Below, piece by piece: positions 8,892 to 19,601 of a DNA stretch of 46,150 nucleotides. The position numbers were made by a program, and so were the translations under genes. Each line of letters opens with the position of its first letter. The stretch's first letter is position 1. Source of the stretch: Dehalococcoidia bacterium (GTDB lineage: Bacteria > Chloroflexota > Dehalococcoidia > GIF9 > AB-539-J10); assembly GCA_003556385.1 (NCBI GenBank), contig PWRA01000012.1:1-46150 (forward strand), read 5' to 3'. The notes under the pieces were generated by a model. It did not search any database, had not been told where the DNA came from, and was given only the letters and a program-made list of their open reading frames with translations.

Positions 8892-9704
8892 ATGCTCAAA
8901 CACAGAGTCATCACTTCCGCTGTGTTCGTTCCTCTGCTCGCACTGGCCATCTGGTTTGGCACGCCCTGGTTCAGTCTCCTGATAGCGGGAGCGGCGTTAG
9001 CCGGCGCCTATGAGTTCTACCGCATGGCCAATCTTGATAAGAAAGACCCGATGCTTTACCTGGGTCTTGTCTGGGCCCTGGCGCTCGTTCTGAGGCATCA
9101 CTACCAGTCTGGCGACCCCGGTATTCCAGCGATAACCATTACCGCTTTCATGTTGGCTTCTCTGGTGTGGCTGCTGCGGCGGCCCCCTGGGGAGAGAACC
9201 TTTCGCACGTGGGCATGGACGATAGCAGGTGCCCTCTACGTAGGTTGGATGCTCAGCTACTGGCTCAGCCTGCGTGGCCTTGACGACGGCCGGACCTGGG
9301 TGTACCTGTCCATACTCACCGTATTCGCCAACGACACGGGTTCCTTCTTCATCGGCCGCGCAAGGGGCAAACACACGCTCGCTCCTGCTATAAGCCCCGG
9401 CAAGACCCGGGAGGGAGCAGTCGGGGGTTTGATATGCGCCATTTCCGGCGCCATCGTGATAGCGCTGGTTCTCAATCTCATTTCTCCCTTTTCTGTCGAA
9501 TACTGGCAGATCATCATCCTCGGATTCCTCGTCAGTCTCTCTGCCCAGGTCGGCGATCTGGTTGAGTCGCTGCTCAAGCGCAGCTTGGGGGTGAAAGAGT
9601 CAGGCAGTCTGCTGCCCGGGCACGGCGGTATCCTGGACCGCTTCGACAGCATCATCTTCGTCGGGCCGGTGCTATACTATTACATTACATGGGTGATCAT
9701 ATGA
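8892..9704 (+). CDS. cdsA: Phosphatidate cytidylyltransferase
   Basis: ISPGKT.EG, GDLVESLLKR, KESG.LLPGHGGILDRFDS. Confidence 0.97.
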   Translation: MLKHRVITSAVFVPLLALAIWFGTPWFSLLIAGAALAGAYEFYRMANLDKKDPMLYLGLVWALALVLRHHYQSGDPGIPAITITAFMLASLVWLLRRPPGERTFRTWAWTIAGALYVGWMLSYWLSLRGLDDGRTWVYLSILTVFANDTGSFFIGRARGKHTLAPAISPGKTREGAVGGLICAISGAIVIALVLNLISPFSVEYWQIIILGFLVSLSAQVGDLVESLLKRSLGVKESGSLLPGHGGILDRFDSIIFVGPVLYYYITWVII

Positions 9705-10867
9705 AGAGGATAGCTGTCCTTGGCTCAACCGGTTCCATAGGGCGGCAGGCTCTGGATATAATCCACGCGCTGCCCGACCAACTCTGTGTAGCCGGTCTGG
9801 CGGGAGGCAGTAATCTCGAGCTACTGCAACGACAAATCGATGAGTTCCGCCCCGGGGTGTTCTACTCGTCGGTGAGGCTCGAGACGGGTTGCGGGGCCGA
9901 GTTCGTGTCGATGGAAGAAATGGTGAGCCACCCGGACGTTGACGTTGTGATCGTTGCCACCGCCGGCAAGGCAGGACTGAGCCCTACCCTGGCGGCTCTG
10001 AGGGCAGGCAAAACAGTCGCTCTGGCCAGCAAGGAGGTACTGGTGATGGCCGGCGAGATCGTCGTTCGCGAAGCAAGTCTCCACCAGGCTCACATTATCC
10101 CTGTCGATAGCGAGCATAGCGCCATCTGGCAATGCCTGCAGGGCGAAGACAGCAGGCCGCGGCGGCTGCTGCTAACCGCCTCCGGGGGGCCCTTCTACCG
10201 CTATTCGCAGTCACAACTGGCTAAGGTCACTCCCGAGCAGGCCCTCCGCCACCCGGTCTGGAAGATGGGAAGGAAAGTAACCATAGATTCGGCGACGCTC
10301 ATGAACAAGGGGCTGGAGGTGATCGAAGCTCACTGGCTTTTCTCTCTTCCTTTTGATAGTATTTCCGTGTTGGTCCATCCCCAGTCTATCGTCCATTCCA
10401 TGGTGGAGTTCACCGATGGTTCCCTGAAGGCTCAGCTTGGTCACCCCGATATGAGGTTGCCGATTCAGTACGCCCTTTCTTACCCTGAAAGGTGGACTAA
10501 CACGGAGTTGCCCCACCTTGATTGGAACAACGTACAGAATCTGAGTTTTGAGCCCGCGGACTATGACAGGTTTCCGGGTCTCAAGACAGCGGTGGATGCC
10601 GGCAAATCGGGCGGCACTTATCCGGCGGTGCTCTGTGCTGCCGATGAGGTAGCCGTCGATCTCTTTCTCAGCCACCGGATCAGTTTTACCGACATAGCAA
10701 GGGTTGGGCAGGGCGCGCTGGAGCACCATGAGAGTGTTGCCCATCCGTCTCTGGAGGACATCCTGGCCGCGGACGCATGGGCAAGAGGATATACTGAGCG
10801 GTTCTTCTCGTGTGACGGTGAAAGGCCTCGACACCGAACCGATGTCGAAGCCGGGAGGAGCAGATGA
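9701..10867 (+). CDS. dxr: 1-deoxy-D-xylulose 5-phosphate reductoisomerase
   Basis: LGSTGSIG, PVDSEHSAI, LTASGGPF, HPVWKMG.K.TIDSAT.MNKGLE; ATG 9701 overlaps the cdsA stop. Confidence 0.97.
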   Translation: MKRIAVLGSTGSIGRQALDIIHALPDQLCVAGLAGGSNLELLQRQIDEFRPGVFYSSVRLETGCGAEFVSMEEMVSHPDVDVVIVATAGKAGLSPTLAALRAGKTVALASKEVLVMAGEIVVREASLHQAHIIPVDSEHSAIWQCLQGEDSRPRRLLLTASGGPFYRYSQSQLAKVTPEQALRHPVWKMGRKVTIDSATLMNKGLEVIEAHWLFSLPFDSISVLVHPQSIVHSMVEFTDGSLKAQLGHPDMRLPIQYALSYPERWTNTELPHLDWNNVQNLSFEPADYDRFPGLKTAVDAGKSGGTYPAVLCAADEVAVDLFLSHRISFTDIARVGQGALEHHESVAHPSLEDILAADAWARGYTERFFSCDGERPRHRTDVEAGRSR

Positions 10868-12171
10868 GTGTTGCTATTACGATAATCTTGTTTATCGCAG
10901 CCCTATTCGTGGCTATCTGTCTTCACGAACTCGGACACTTCATGAGTATGAGGCGTGCTGGGGTGAAGGTGGAGGAGTTCGGCATAGGGCTTCCGCCGCG
11001 GCTTCTCGGCATTAAACGAGGCGAGACCATATACTCGATAAATGCGATACCCGTGGGAGCGTTTGTCAGACCTGCCGGAGAAGACGACCCTGCGGTGCCC
11101 CGGGGTCTGGCCGGCAAGCGGCCCTGGACCAGACTGGGCATCTTCGTCGCGGGCCCACTGGCCAACATCCTGCTTGCCTTTGTACTCCTCAGTGCTTTCT
11201 ACGCGTTGCCCTATCTGGTCATCACAGGCAACGGAATCATGGTGCATTCTGTGGAGGAGGAGTCTCCCGCCGAAGGGGCCGGCATGCGGCCGGGCGATAT
11301 AATCCTCAGGGCAGACGGGTATGCTATCCGGAGGCCGCAGGATCTGCGTAACCGCATAGATGCGGTCGAAGAAGGAACTGAGATGACGTTCCTTGTGCAG
11401 AGGAACACAGAGGAGCAGCAGGTCAGGCTGACGCCCACGTTTGACCCGGCACAGGGTCGGCGCACGATTGGAGTCATCCTCTCCTGGAATATCATCACTC
11501 ACGTAGAGGAAGGGTCGCCGGCCGATGAGGCCGGCATCGGCCATGGAGACACGCTCCTGAGAGTCAACGGCGCGCCCGTGTATAACCAGCAAAGCCTGTC
11601 CAAGGTACTGGATGCTGCCCGGGAAGAACACATATCAGTGACCTTACAGAGGGATGGGGAGGTCGTCTCGGTCTCCCTCGACAATCGCAACTACCAGGAC
11701 CTGCCCGGTGTGGAGATCCGATGGGTGCCAGGGACTCAAAGCGAAGAAGAGAGGCGTCCTGTGTGGAGCGCGATTTATGCAGGGGCCAGTTACATCATTT
11801 TTCTGCCGGTGCTCATTGTGGAAGCAATTCCCTTGATCATAGAATCTCCCGATCTGGCGGTGGTGGGCCCGATAGGCGCCGGACAGTTGACTGTGGAGGC
11901 AGTAGATGTCCTGGGCTTCGGCGGCATACTCTTCATGGCCGGCTTGATTAGCCTCGGGATCGGTCTGTTCAACCTGCTCCCGATTCCGCCTCTGGATGGC
12001 GGCGGAATGCTGGTGGGGTTCATCGAAGGGATCAGGCGTGGCAGGCGTCTTTCGCGTCGGGCCGTGCGCCTGGCCTACACGGTCGGTACTGCGCTTCTCA
12101 TCGCACTGATCGTGGTTATCTTCTACCTTGATATCGAGCGTCTGATCGCCGGCAGGGGATTCGGACTATGA
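10864..12171 (+). CDS. rseP: RIP metalloprotease RseP (M50) with two PDZ domains
   Basis: HELGH, AGPLAN, NLLPIPPLDGG. Confidence 0.95.
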   Translation: MSVAITIILFIAALFVAICLHELGHFMSMRRAGVKVEEFGIGLPPRLLGIKRGETIYSINAIPVGAFVRPAGEDDPAVPRGLAGKRPWTRLGIFVAGPLANILLAFVLLSAFYALPYLVITGNGIMVHSVEEESPAEGAGMRPGDIILRADGYAIRRPQDLRNRIDAVEEGTEMTFLVQRNTEEQQVRLTPTFDPAQGRRTIGVILSWNIITHVEEGSPADEAGIGHGDTLLRVNGAPVYNQQSLSKVLDAAREEHISVTLQRDGEVVSVSLDNRNYQDLPGVEIRWVPGTQSEEERRPVWSAIYAGASYIIFLPVLIVEAIPLIIESPDLAVVGPIGAGQLTVEAVDVLGFGGILFMAGLISLGIGLFNLLPIPPLDGGGMLVGFIEGIRRGRRLSRRAVRLAYTVGTALLIALIVVIFYLDIERLIAGRGFGL

Positions 12172-13235
12172 CCCGTCGAACCTCGATCCCCCTGAGAATG
12201 GGCGGAGTCGGTATCGGCGGTGACGCCCCCATAGTAGTGCAATCCATGGCCAAGACCGATACCCGTAATACGGCCGCTACCATAAGCCAGATCAGGGAGT
12301 TGGAAGAGTGTGGCTGTGAGCTCGTGAGAATGGCGGTTCCGGATCAGGAAGCGGCCGAGAGTTTGGCAACCATAAGGAAGAACGTCTCATTGCCCATTAT
12401 CGCCGATATCCACTTCGACTATCGTCTCGCTCTGGCGGCCCTGCAGTTCGGTGCGGCCGGACTGCGCCTGAATCCCGGCAACATCGGTGACAGGGGGCAG
12501 ATTGCGCAGGTGGTGACCGCCGCCAGAGAGAGAGAAGTGCCGATCCGCATAGGAGTGAACGCCGGCAGTTTGCCCGCCGGCTTCGAGCCCGGTGCTCCGA
12601 CGGTTGTGCGCATGGTCAACCTGGCTTTGGAGCAGATAAGGCTGATGGAAAGCCTGGACTTCGCTCTGCTAAAGGTGTCTCTCAAGGCTTTCGACGTTCC
12701 TTCTACCGTTCAGGCGTATCGCATGATCGCGGCCAGAATACCCTATCCCCTGCACCTGGGCATCACGGAGGCGGGACTCCCACGGACAGGCGTGATACGG
12801 AGCGCGTTAGGAATCGGGATACTACTCTATGAAGGGATCGGCGATACCATACGCGTCTCACTCACCGCTCATCCCCGCGAGGAGGTATTCGTTGCCTACG
12901 AGATCCTGAAGAGCCTGGGGCTGCGTCAGAGAGGACCAATGCTGGTGAGTTGCCCGTCCTGCGGCCGGGCTGAAGTTGATATCATCGCCCTGGCTGAGGC
13001 GGTGAGCAGGCGTCTTGACAGGACAAGCACGCCTGTCAAGGTCGCCGTCATGGGTTGCGTTGTCAACGGCCCCGGCGAAGCCAGGGACGCCGACGTAGGC
13101 ATTGCGTGCGGGAAAGGAAAAGGTGTCGTATTCAAGAAGGGAGAGGTCGTCGGCACAGCAAGCGAGCAGGACCTCCTCGAGGCCCTGATGGCGGAGGTGA
13201 ACTCCCTCGGAACGACAGAACAGGAGCAAGGGTAG
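12168..13235 (+). CDS. ispG: (E)-4-hydroxy-3-methylbut-2-enyl diphosphate synthase
   Basis: ADIHFDY, RLNPGNIG, GIGDTIRVSLT, SCPSCGR, MGCVVNGPGEA. Confidence 0.98.
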   Translation: MTRRTSIPLRMGGVGIGGDAPIVVQSMAKTDTRNTAATISQIRELEECGCELVRMAVPDQEAAESLATIRKNVSLPIIADIHFDYRLALAALQFGAAGLRLNPGNIGDRGQIAQVVTAAREREVPIRIGVNAGSLPAGFEPGAPTVVRMVNLALEQIRLMESLDFALLKVSLKAFDVPSTVQAYRMIAARIPYPLHLGITEAGLPRTGVIRSALGIGILLYEGIGDTIRVSLTAHPREEVFVAYEILKSLGLRQRGPMLVSCPSCGRAEVDIIALAEAVSRRLDRTSTPVKVAVMGCVVNGPGEARDADVGIACGKGKGVVFKKGEVVGTASEQDLLEALMAEVNSLGTTEQEQG

Positions 13236-13240
13236 GCGGT

Positions 13241-14998
13241 ATGCGTTTTTCTAAGCTTTTTGGGAAGACATTGCGGCAGGCCCCGGCCGAAGCAGAGAGC
13301 ATAAGCCACCAGTTATTGCTGAGGACCGGGATGATTGCCCAGGAGGCTGCCGGAATCTACTCCTATCTACCTTTGGGCTGGCGGGTTCTCAGGAAGATTG
13401 AGCAGATAATAAGGGAGGAAATGGACAAGGCCGGCGGGCAGGAGTTGCTGCTGCCTGTGTTGCAGCCTTTTGAGTTCTGGCAGCAGTCAGGGCGCAACGT
13501 TGCCTTTGGCGAATCACTCTTCACCATGACCGACCGCCGAAAACGGATACTTGCGCTGGGACCCACCCACGAAGAAGTGGTTGCCGACCTCGTTAGTCGC
13601 TATGTTCAGAGTTACCGCGACCTGCCTCTACTCCTCTATCAAATACAGACCAAGCTTCGCGACGAGCCCCGACCCCGCGGCGGCTTGCTGAGGGTCCGGG
13701 AGTTCATAATGAAGGATCTCTACAGTCTGGATGCCGACGAATCCGGCCTCGACGAAAGCTACAGGCTGGTGAGCCAGGCGTACCGCAATGTCTATGCCCG
13801 CATGGACTTGCCGACTTTGATGATCGAGGCCGACAGCGGCGCCATAGGGGGCAAGGAATCTCACGAGTTCATGGTCCTTAGCGAGACCGGAGAAGACGAG
13901 ATCATCCACTGCGCCGCCTGCGGATATGCTGCAAATGCAGAGAAGGCGGAGTTCAATAAGGCGGTGGAGAGTGACGCCGGGGCAGCACCGAGCCCCGGGT
14001 CCGGTGCAGGAAACCCTCGGGAGCTTCTTCCCATGGAAGAGATAGCTACGCCGGAGGCCAGGACTATTGTGCAGGTGGCGGACCTGGTCGATGTGCCGAC
14101 AACCGAGACCCTGAAGTCGGTGTTCTATGTGGCTGGCGGAGAATTCTTGATCGTCGTGATACGCGGCGACCTCGACATCAACGAGACGAAACTGACGAAC
14201 GCTCTGAAGTGCTCCGACCTCCGGTTGGCCACGGAAGACGAGGTGAGCAAGAGCGGCCTGGTCGCCGGCTTTGCCTCGCCTGTAGGTCTGAAGGGAGTAC
14301 GGGTCGTCGCCGACGATTCGGTGAAGTCACGCGCTCACTTCATCACCGGTGCCAACAAGTCGGGATACCACCTCAGAAACATCAACTATCCCAGAGATTT
14401 CCAGGCTGATGTGGTGGCCGACGTCGCCCTCGCTCGAACCGGGCACCGCTGCCCGCGATGTCGGAGTGAGCTATCTTCGGTTCGAGGCATAGAAGTAGGG
14501 CATGTGTTCAAGCTTGGCACGTTTATCAGTGAGAGGTTCGGGGCATCATTCCTGGACAGGGACGGCGGATCCCGACCGGTCATCATGGGGTCCTACGGCA
14601 TTGGACTGGGCCGGCTGCTGGCGGCCGTAGTGGAACAAAGCCACGATGACAAAGGGATCATCTGGCCACAATCTATCGCCCCGTATCAGGTCTGCCTTTG
14701 CTCTCTGCATGCGGACCGGGCCGAGATCTCCGCAGCGGCGGAGCAGATCTATGAAGACCTGCAACAGTCGGGCCTGGAGGTGCTCTTCGATGATCGTATT
14801 GATTCGCCGGGGGTCAAGTTCAACGACGCCGACCTCCTGGGCATTCCACTCCGCTTGACCTTATCGCCGCGCACCTTAGAGAGCCGGAGCGTGGAGGCGA
14901 AGCGTCGCACCGAGAAGGAATCCCGGCTTCTGCCCTTTGAGGATCTGACGAGACAGGTGACGAGTCTTCTGGCAGAGACTAGGGAGTCTCAACCTTAG
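13241..14998 (+). CDS. proS: Proline--tRNA ligase (bacterial type with INS editing domain)
   Basis: SHQLLLR, LGPTHEE, RDEPRPRGGLLRVREF.MKD, GIEVGHVFKLG, MGSYGIG; start moved to ATG 13241. Confidence 0.98.
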   Translation: MRFSKLFGKTLRQAPAEAESISHQLLLRTGMIAQEAAGIYSYLPLGWRVLRKIEQIIREEMDKAGGQELLLPVLQPFEFWQQSGRNVAFGESLFTMTDRRKRILALGPTHEEVVADLVSRYVQSYRDLPLLLYQIQTKLRDEPRPRGGLLRVREFIMKDLYSLDADESGLDESYRLVSQAYRNVYARMDLPTLMIEADSGAIGGKESHEFMVLSETGEDEIIHCAACGYAANAEKAEFNKAVESDAGAAPSPGSGAGNPRELLPMEEIATPEARTIVQVADLVDVPTTETLKSVFYVAGGEFLIVVIRGDLDINETKLTNALKCSDLRLATEDEVSKSGLVAGFASPVGLKGVRVVADDSVKSRAHFITGANKSGYHLRNINYPRDFQADVVADVALARTGHRCPRCRSELSSVRGIEVGHVFKLGTFISERFGASFLDRDGGSRPVIMGSYGIGLGRLLAAVVEQSHDDKGIIWPQSIAPYQVCLCSLHADRAEISAAAEQIYEDLQQSGLEVLFDDRIDSPGVKFNDADLLGIPLRLTLSPRTLESRSVEAKRRTEKESRLLPFEDLTRQVTSLLAETRESQP

Positions 14999-15110
14999 TC
15001 TAGTTGGCCTGCCCTGCCGGCCGAGCAGCACGGAACGTCAAACCATACTGAGGACAAAGAAGAACTGAACCCCAACACAGACGCAGCCTTTCTTGCGCTT
15101 CTTCAGTGAA

Positions 15111-17564
15111 CTACCGTCGCAGGGTCGCGCCGGTCTCCTGGTGCAGTATGTCAAGCATCTGCTGCTCGACGTTGTCTACTTCATCGTCGGTCAAGGTGTG
15201 GCTAAGCGACTGATAGATGATCCGTATGGCGAAGGACTTCTTCCCTGCGGGCACCTGCTCTCCGCGATAGAGATCGAATAGAGTGACCTTAGTCACCAGC
15301 GGAAAGGCCCGGATTATGCTCTCCATTGTGTGATAGCTCACCTGTTCATCTACCACCAACGCAATGTCGCGGCTGACGCCGGGAAACCGGGGAATGGGGC
15401 GATATCTCCTGGTCCTGCTCATCCGCGGCAGCAGTCTCTCGAGGTCGAGTTCCATGATGAACACGGTGTCCGAGAGATCGAAGGCCTGCGCGACTTTGGG
15501 ATGTATCTCACCCACGATGCCTATTCTGTCGTCGTCAACGAGTATCTCAGCCCCTCTGCCCGGGAACAGAGTTTCGTCGTCGCTAACACGAAAGCCTACG
15601 TTTATCCCCCATCCGTTCAGGACGTTTTCCACCACTCCCTTGGCGTCAAAGAAATCCAGCATCTCTTGCCCGGCATGCCACGATAATCCAGACCTGGGAC
15701 CCCCCAGGGCAGCACACAGCATCTCGTCTTCTCGGGGTAGCCGCTCATCATTGTGAGGTCGCTTAACTTCATCGGTGGCGGGCTGCCGCGGGTTGAACAC
15801 CTTGCCGATCTCGAAGACCCTTATGCCTGCCGACTCGAACTTCTGGTTGTGTGCCAGTGTAGCCAGAACGCCGGCCCGCAAGCCGGTACGCAGGTATTCT
15901 TGTTCTCTTGTCATCGGGTTAGCCACCTTCAGTGGCGGAGTCTCCAACTCCATTCGGGGGGATAGCTTCTGGAGTCTTTCCAGGCTGACCAGGGGATAGG
16001 TGAGTATCTCCTGAAAGCCGAGGCCGACCAGAGCATCACGCAAACTTCGCCTGAGGCTGCTTCGGAGGGAGGCCGGAGACGATCTCAACTGCTGTCGGGG
16101 CAGGGCAGAACTCAGCCTCGTAACAGGAATCCTCTCATAACCTATGATGCGCACTATCTCCTCCACCAGATCGGGAGCGCATCTGATGTCGCTCCGCCAA
16201 TACGGTACCGACACCGCAATCCGCGAACCCCGGTCGACCTCCCTGCACTCAAAGCCCAGAGACCTCAACACCTTGAGCATCTCGTCAACATCGACCTCCA
16301 GACCCGAGAGACGTGCCACCTCGCGGACCGGAAGTACTACTGACTCGTATTCGCGCTTGCCGGGGTACACATCGACCACACCTCCGGCCGCTGCACCGCC
16401 GGCTACTTCAAGCAGGAGTTGAGTGGCCCGTCTCAAAGGCTCAGGCGGAAGATCGCTACTGAGTCCCTTCTCAAAGCGCACCGAGGCCTCGCTCCGCAAC
16501 TGAAGACGCTCACACCCGCGACGAATGGCGACCTGGTTGAAGTTCGCAGATTCCAGAAGGACGGCTTCAGTTGCCTCGGTAACCTCAGAAGCTCCACTGC
16601 CCATGATTCCGGCAACGGCAATCGCCTCCTCCTCGTCTGCGATGACCAGCATGTCGGGATCCAGACGACGTTCCGTTCCATCGAGGGTAGTTATGGTCTC
16701 AGCAGGTGCGGCTCTGCGGACCACGACTTGCCGGCCCTTCAGTCTGTGATAGTCAAACGCGTGAAGGGGCTGGCCGTACTCCAGCATGACATAGTTGGTG
16801 ACGTCAACAACGCTGTTTACAGGACGCATGCCATAGCTGTTCAAGCGTTGCTGTAGCCAGCCCGGAGAGCTGCCTACCTTAACCCCGAGGATCAAAGTGG
16901 CACAGTACCTGGGGCACAGGTCGGGCGCACTGACGCTAACAGAGACCAGAGAATCTATACGCTGCTCCGATTCCTGGTAGCCAACGGACGGCGGACGGAG
17001 CGGCGCCCCGGTGAGAGCAGCGACTTCGCGGGCAATGCCGATCACCGACAAGCAATCGGGCCGGTTAGGGGTTATGTCAAGATCAAGAATCGTATCACCC
17101 AGATAATCACCGAGAGGGGCGCCTACCGGCGCGTCCAACGGCAAGACCAGAATACTCTCATGATCATCGGAAATACCAAGTTCCTTCTCGGAGCAAACCA
17201 TGCCCTCGGAGACTACGCCGCGGATTCTTGCGGGCTTGAGGGACACGGTTTGCCCGGTGCGGCCGTCTATGAGCCGGCCTCCTACGCGCGCGAACGGCAC
17301 CCTCTGGCCAACGCGAATATTGGGGGCTCCGCAAACCACGGTGAATCCCCCACCACCCAGGTCAACTGTAGCCAGCGTAAGCCGGTCGGCATGGGGATGA
17401 GGTGTGAGATCTGTCACCTCCCCTACCACCACATTGTCCCAGGCTTGGCCCACCGACTCTACGGCACTGAGTTCAAGGCCGGCTATGGTTAGTTTGTTGC
17501 CCAACTCCAGCGCTGAAAGTGTTATGTCAACATACTCACCTAGCCACTTGAGCGAGACCTTCAT
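15111..17564 (-). CDS. pheT: Phenylalanine--tRNA ligase beta subunit
   Basis: MKVSLKWL, VCGAPN, ITPNRPDCLS, GQPLHAFD, C-terminal FDX-ACB domain. Confidence 0.98.
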   Translation of the reverse strand: MKVSLKWLGEYVDITLSALELGNKLTIAGLELSAVESVGQAWDNVVVGEVTDLTPHPHADRLTLATVDLGGGGFTVVCGAPNIRVGQRVPFARVGGRLIDGRTGQTVSLKPARIRGVVSEGMVCSEKELGISDDHESILVLPLDAPVGAPLGDYLGDTILDLDITPNRPDCLSVIGIAREVAALTGAPLRPPSVGYQESEQRIDSLVSVSVSAPDLCPRYCATLILGVKVGSSPGWLQQRLNSYGMRPVNSVVDVTNYVMLEYGQPLHAFDYHRLKGRQVVVRRAAPAETITTLDGTERRLDPDMLVIADEEEAIAVAGIMGSGASEVTEATEAVLLESANFNQVAIRRGCERLQLRSEASVRFEKGLSSDLPPEPLRRATQLLLEVAGGAAAGGVVDVYPGKREYESVVLPVREVARLSGLEVDVDEMLKVLRSLGFECREVDRGSRIAVSVPYWRSDIRCAPDLVEEIVRIIGYERIPVTRLSSALPRQQLRSSPASLRSSLRRSLRDALVGLGFQEILTYPLVSLERLQKLSPRMELETPPLKVANPMTREQEYLRTGLRAGVLATLAHNQKFESAGIRVFEIGKVFNPRQPATDEVKRPHNDERLPREDEMLCAALGGPRSGLSWHAGQEMLDFFDAKGVVENVLNGWGINVGFRVSDDETLFPGRGAEILVDDDRIGIVGEIHPKVAQAFDLSDTVFIMELDLERLLPRMSRTRRYRPIPRFPGVSRDIALVVDEQVSYHTMESIIRAFPLVTKVTLFDLYRGEQVPAGKKSFAIRIIYQSLSHTLTDDEVDNVEQQMLDILHQETGATLRR

Positions 17565-17580
17565 GTCATCACCTTGAACT

Positions 17581-18615
17581 CTAGAATTGCCTCAAGAACC
17601 TGAGGTCATTGTTATAGAAGAGGCGTATGTCATCGACGCCGTATCTGAGCATAGGCAATCGCTCAACTCCCATCCCGAAGGCGAAGCCGCTGTAGATATC
17701 GGGGTCGATGCCGACTCGCGCCAGTACGTCCGGATGGACCATCCCGGCCCCCAGTATTTCGATCCACCCGCTATGGCCACACAATCGGCAGCCGGCGCCG
17801 GCGCAGGCCAGACATTCGATGGCCATCTCAGCCCCTGGCTCCACAAACGGGAAGTAGTCACACCGGAAGCGTACCTTCCTCTCATCTCCGAACAGGCAGC
17901 GGCAGAACTCAAGCAGAGTGCCTTTTAGATCGGCCATAGTGATGTTCGTGTCCACAGCCAGACCTTCAACCTGGAAGAAGATCGATTCGTGAGTGGCGTC
18001 AGTCGCTTCGTATCTGTAGGCCCTCCCCGGCACTATGACCCTTATGGGCGGGCGCTCTCTCTCCATCAACCTGATCTGCATCGGCGACGTGTGAGTACGC
18101 AATAGTGTAGTCTCTTCTCCCCCACCTGTCTCTACCCACAGTGTGGCAAACATCTCACGCGCTGGATGGTGCGGAGGAATGTTCAGGGCTTCGAAATTGT
18201 AGTATTCCAACTCCACCTCGGGACCCTCAATCGTCTGAAAGCCCATATTACCGAAAATCTCGCAGATCTCGTTGATCGTCTGCGTAATGGGGTGAAGACC
18301 ACCGATGGGATAAGGTCGGCCGGGCAAGGTCACGTCCAACTGCCGGGATTTCAAAGGAGAGGCCAGGAGAGCTTCCTGCAGTTGTCTCTCTTTCTCGCTA
18401 AGGCCTGACTCTAAAGCTGTTTTGACTTCGTTAGCCTGTGCGCCCGCCCTCCGCCTTTCTTCCGCGGGCAGGGTAGCCAGCGAACGCAGGATTTGGATCA
18501 GGGCGCTCTTCTTACCCAGGTGACGGACACGCCACAGCTCCAACCCTCGAAGACTATCGACTTCGCTTAGCTCGCTAAGAGCTTGAGTGCGGAGACCTTT
18601 GAGTTGATCCAGCAT
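17581..18615 (-). CDS. pheS: Phenylalanine--tRNA ligase alpha subunit
   Basis: [33 protein letters not shown]. Confidence 0.98.
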   Translation of the reverse strand: MLDQLKGLRTQALSELSEVDSLRGLELWRVRHLGKKSALIQILRSLATLPAEERRRAGAQANEVKTALESGLSEKERQLQEALLASPLKSRQLDVTLPGRPYPIGGLHPITQTINEICEIFGNMGFQTIEGPEVELEYYNFEALNIPPHHPAREMFATLWVETGGGEETTLLRTHTSPMQIRLMERERPPIRVIVPGRAYRYEATDATHESIFFQVEGLAVDTNITMADLKGTLLEFCRCLFGDERKVRFRCDYFPFVEPGAEMAIECLACAGAGCRLCGHSGWIEILGAGMVHPDVLARVGIDPDIYSGFAFGMGVERLPMLRYGVDDIRLFYNNDLRFLRQF

Positions 18616-18686
18616 TGGATGTCTGGCGGTGTCGTCCTTGTCCGCAATACCCGGTATTCGCGGGCGTTGTGTCAGTGCCGGCGGGA

Positions 18687-19040
18687 CTAATCGGCCTCAG
18701 TCACCGAGGCAATCAATGCGCCGAAGCCTTCAGGGTCTCTCACCGCCATCTCAGCTAACATCTTGCGGTTGATCTCTATGTTGGATTGTCTCAGCCTTGC
18801 CACAAACTGACTGTAAGTGAGTCCTCTGGCCCGCACGGCGGCGTTGATGCGGGTGATCCAAAGCTGCCTGAAGTCACCCTTTCGCTCGCGACGATGTCTA
18901 TAGGAATAGTCGAGCGCATGCAGCATGGACTCATGAGCCGTTCTGTAGCGGTTATGTCTGGCTGCTCGATGCCCTTTGGTCAGCTCAAGCACTTTCTTGT
19001 GTCGTCTGTGGGTGACCTTCCCACTCCTAGCTCTTGGCAA
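18687..19040 (-). CDS. rplT: 50S ribosomal protein L20
   Basis: [25 protein letters not shown]; TTG start with AAGGAGG RBS. Confidence 0.98.
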   Translation of the reverse strand: MPRARSGKVTHRRHKKVLELTKGHRAARHNRYRTAHESMLHALDYSYRHRRERKGDFRQLWITRINAAVRARGLTYSQFVARLRQSNIEINRKMLAEMAVRDPEGFGALIASVTEAD

Positions 19041-19057
19041 GATTCCTCCTTTGGGCG

Positions 19058-19378
19058 CTACCCGTTATCGGTCCTCATTCTGCCGGCAACATAGTAGACT
19101 GCTATCAATGCAGTGCCAACAAACAGACTGATAAGCCCCGGTATACCTGCTATTCTGCCTACCTCGAAGACGAAGGCAGTGATGATCCCCGCAATACCCA
19201 CGCCTGTCAGTATGGCACCGACAAGCAGCAATACCCAGCCTGGGCGCGCTGATGGCTGATCTGGCTGGTATAGCCCTTTCTCGATCAAGGCTCTGTCCCT
19301 TCTGTATTCAGTCCAGATCGACAGCAACGGTATCAAGAAGACAAAGACTATTGCTACGATCGGTACTAAGATCTCCAT
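19058..19378 (-). CDS. Small membrane protein (3 TM, ALIEKG motif; DUF6249-like)
   Basis: Three hydrophobic helices with an R.ALIEKG linker; AGGA RBS; lies between rpmI and rplT. Confidence 0.65.
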   Translation of the reverse strand: MEILVPIVAIVFVFLIPLLSIWTEYRRDRALIEKGLYQPDQPSARPGWVLLLVGAILTGVGIAGIITAFVFEVGRIAGIPGLISLFVGTALIAVYYVAGRMRTDNG

Positions 19379-19403
19379 GTTTGTCCTGCTCTATATGCGA
19401 CCG

Positions 19404-19601
19404 CTATCTATAAGGCAAAAGCCTGCCGACCCTCTTCCTGTCCGCTGGAGAGACCCGAAGCGTCTCGTCGTAGAGGCGCTTGGTTCTCGGAGCCTTCTTC
19501 CGTCTGAGGTGGCTCTTACCGCACTTAGTCCGCATCAGCCTCCCGGAGCCTGTCGTATGGAAGCGGCTCTTTGCCCCTTTATGTGTTTTCAGTTTTGGCA
19601 T
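19404..19601 (-). CDS. rpmI: 50S ribosomal protein L35
   Basis: MPKLKTHKGAKSRF..TGSG, SHL. Confidence 0.98.
   Translation of the reverse strand: MPKLKTHKGAKSRFHTTGSGRLMRTKCGKSHLRRKKAPRTKRLYDETLRVSPADRKRVGRLLPYR

Noticed and set aside
13055-13240. N-terminal extensions given by the ORF track for proS (also nusG, ribBA, ahcY, HDAC, the phosphatase and the COG2426 gene)
   Set aside because: They overlap upstream genes or promoters and lack homology; downstream starts fit the family N-termini
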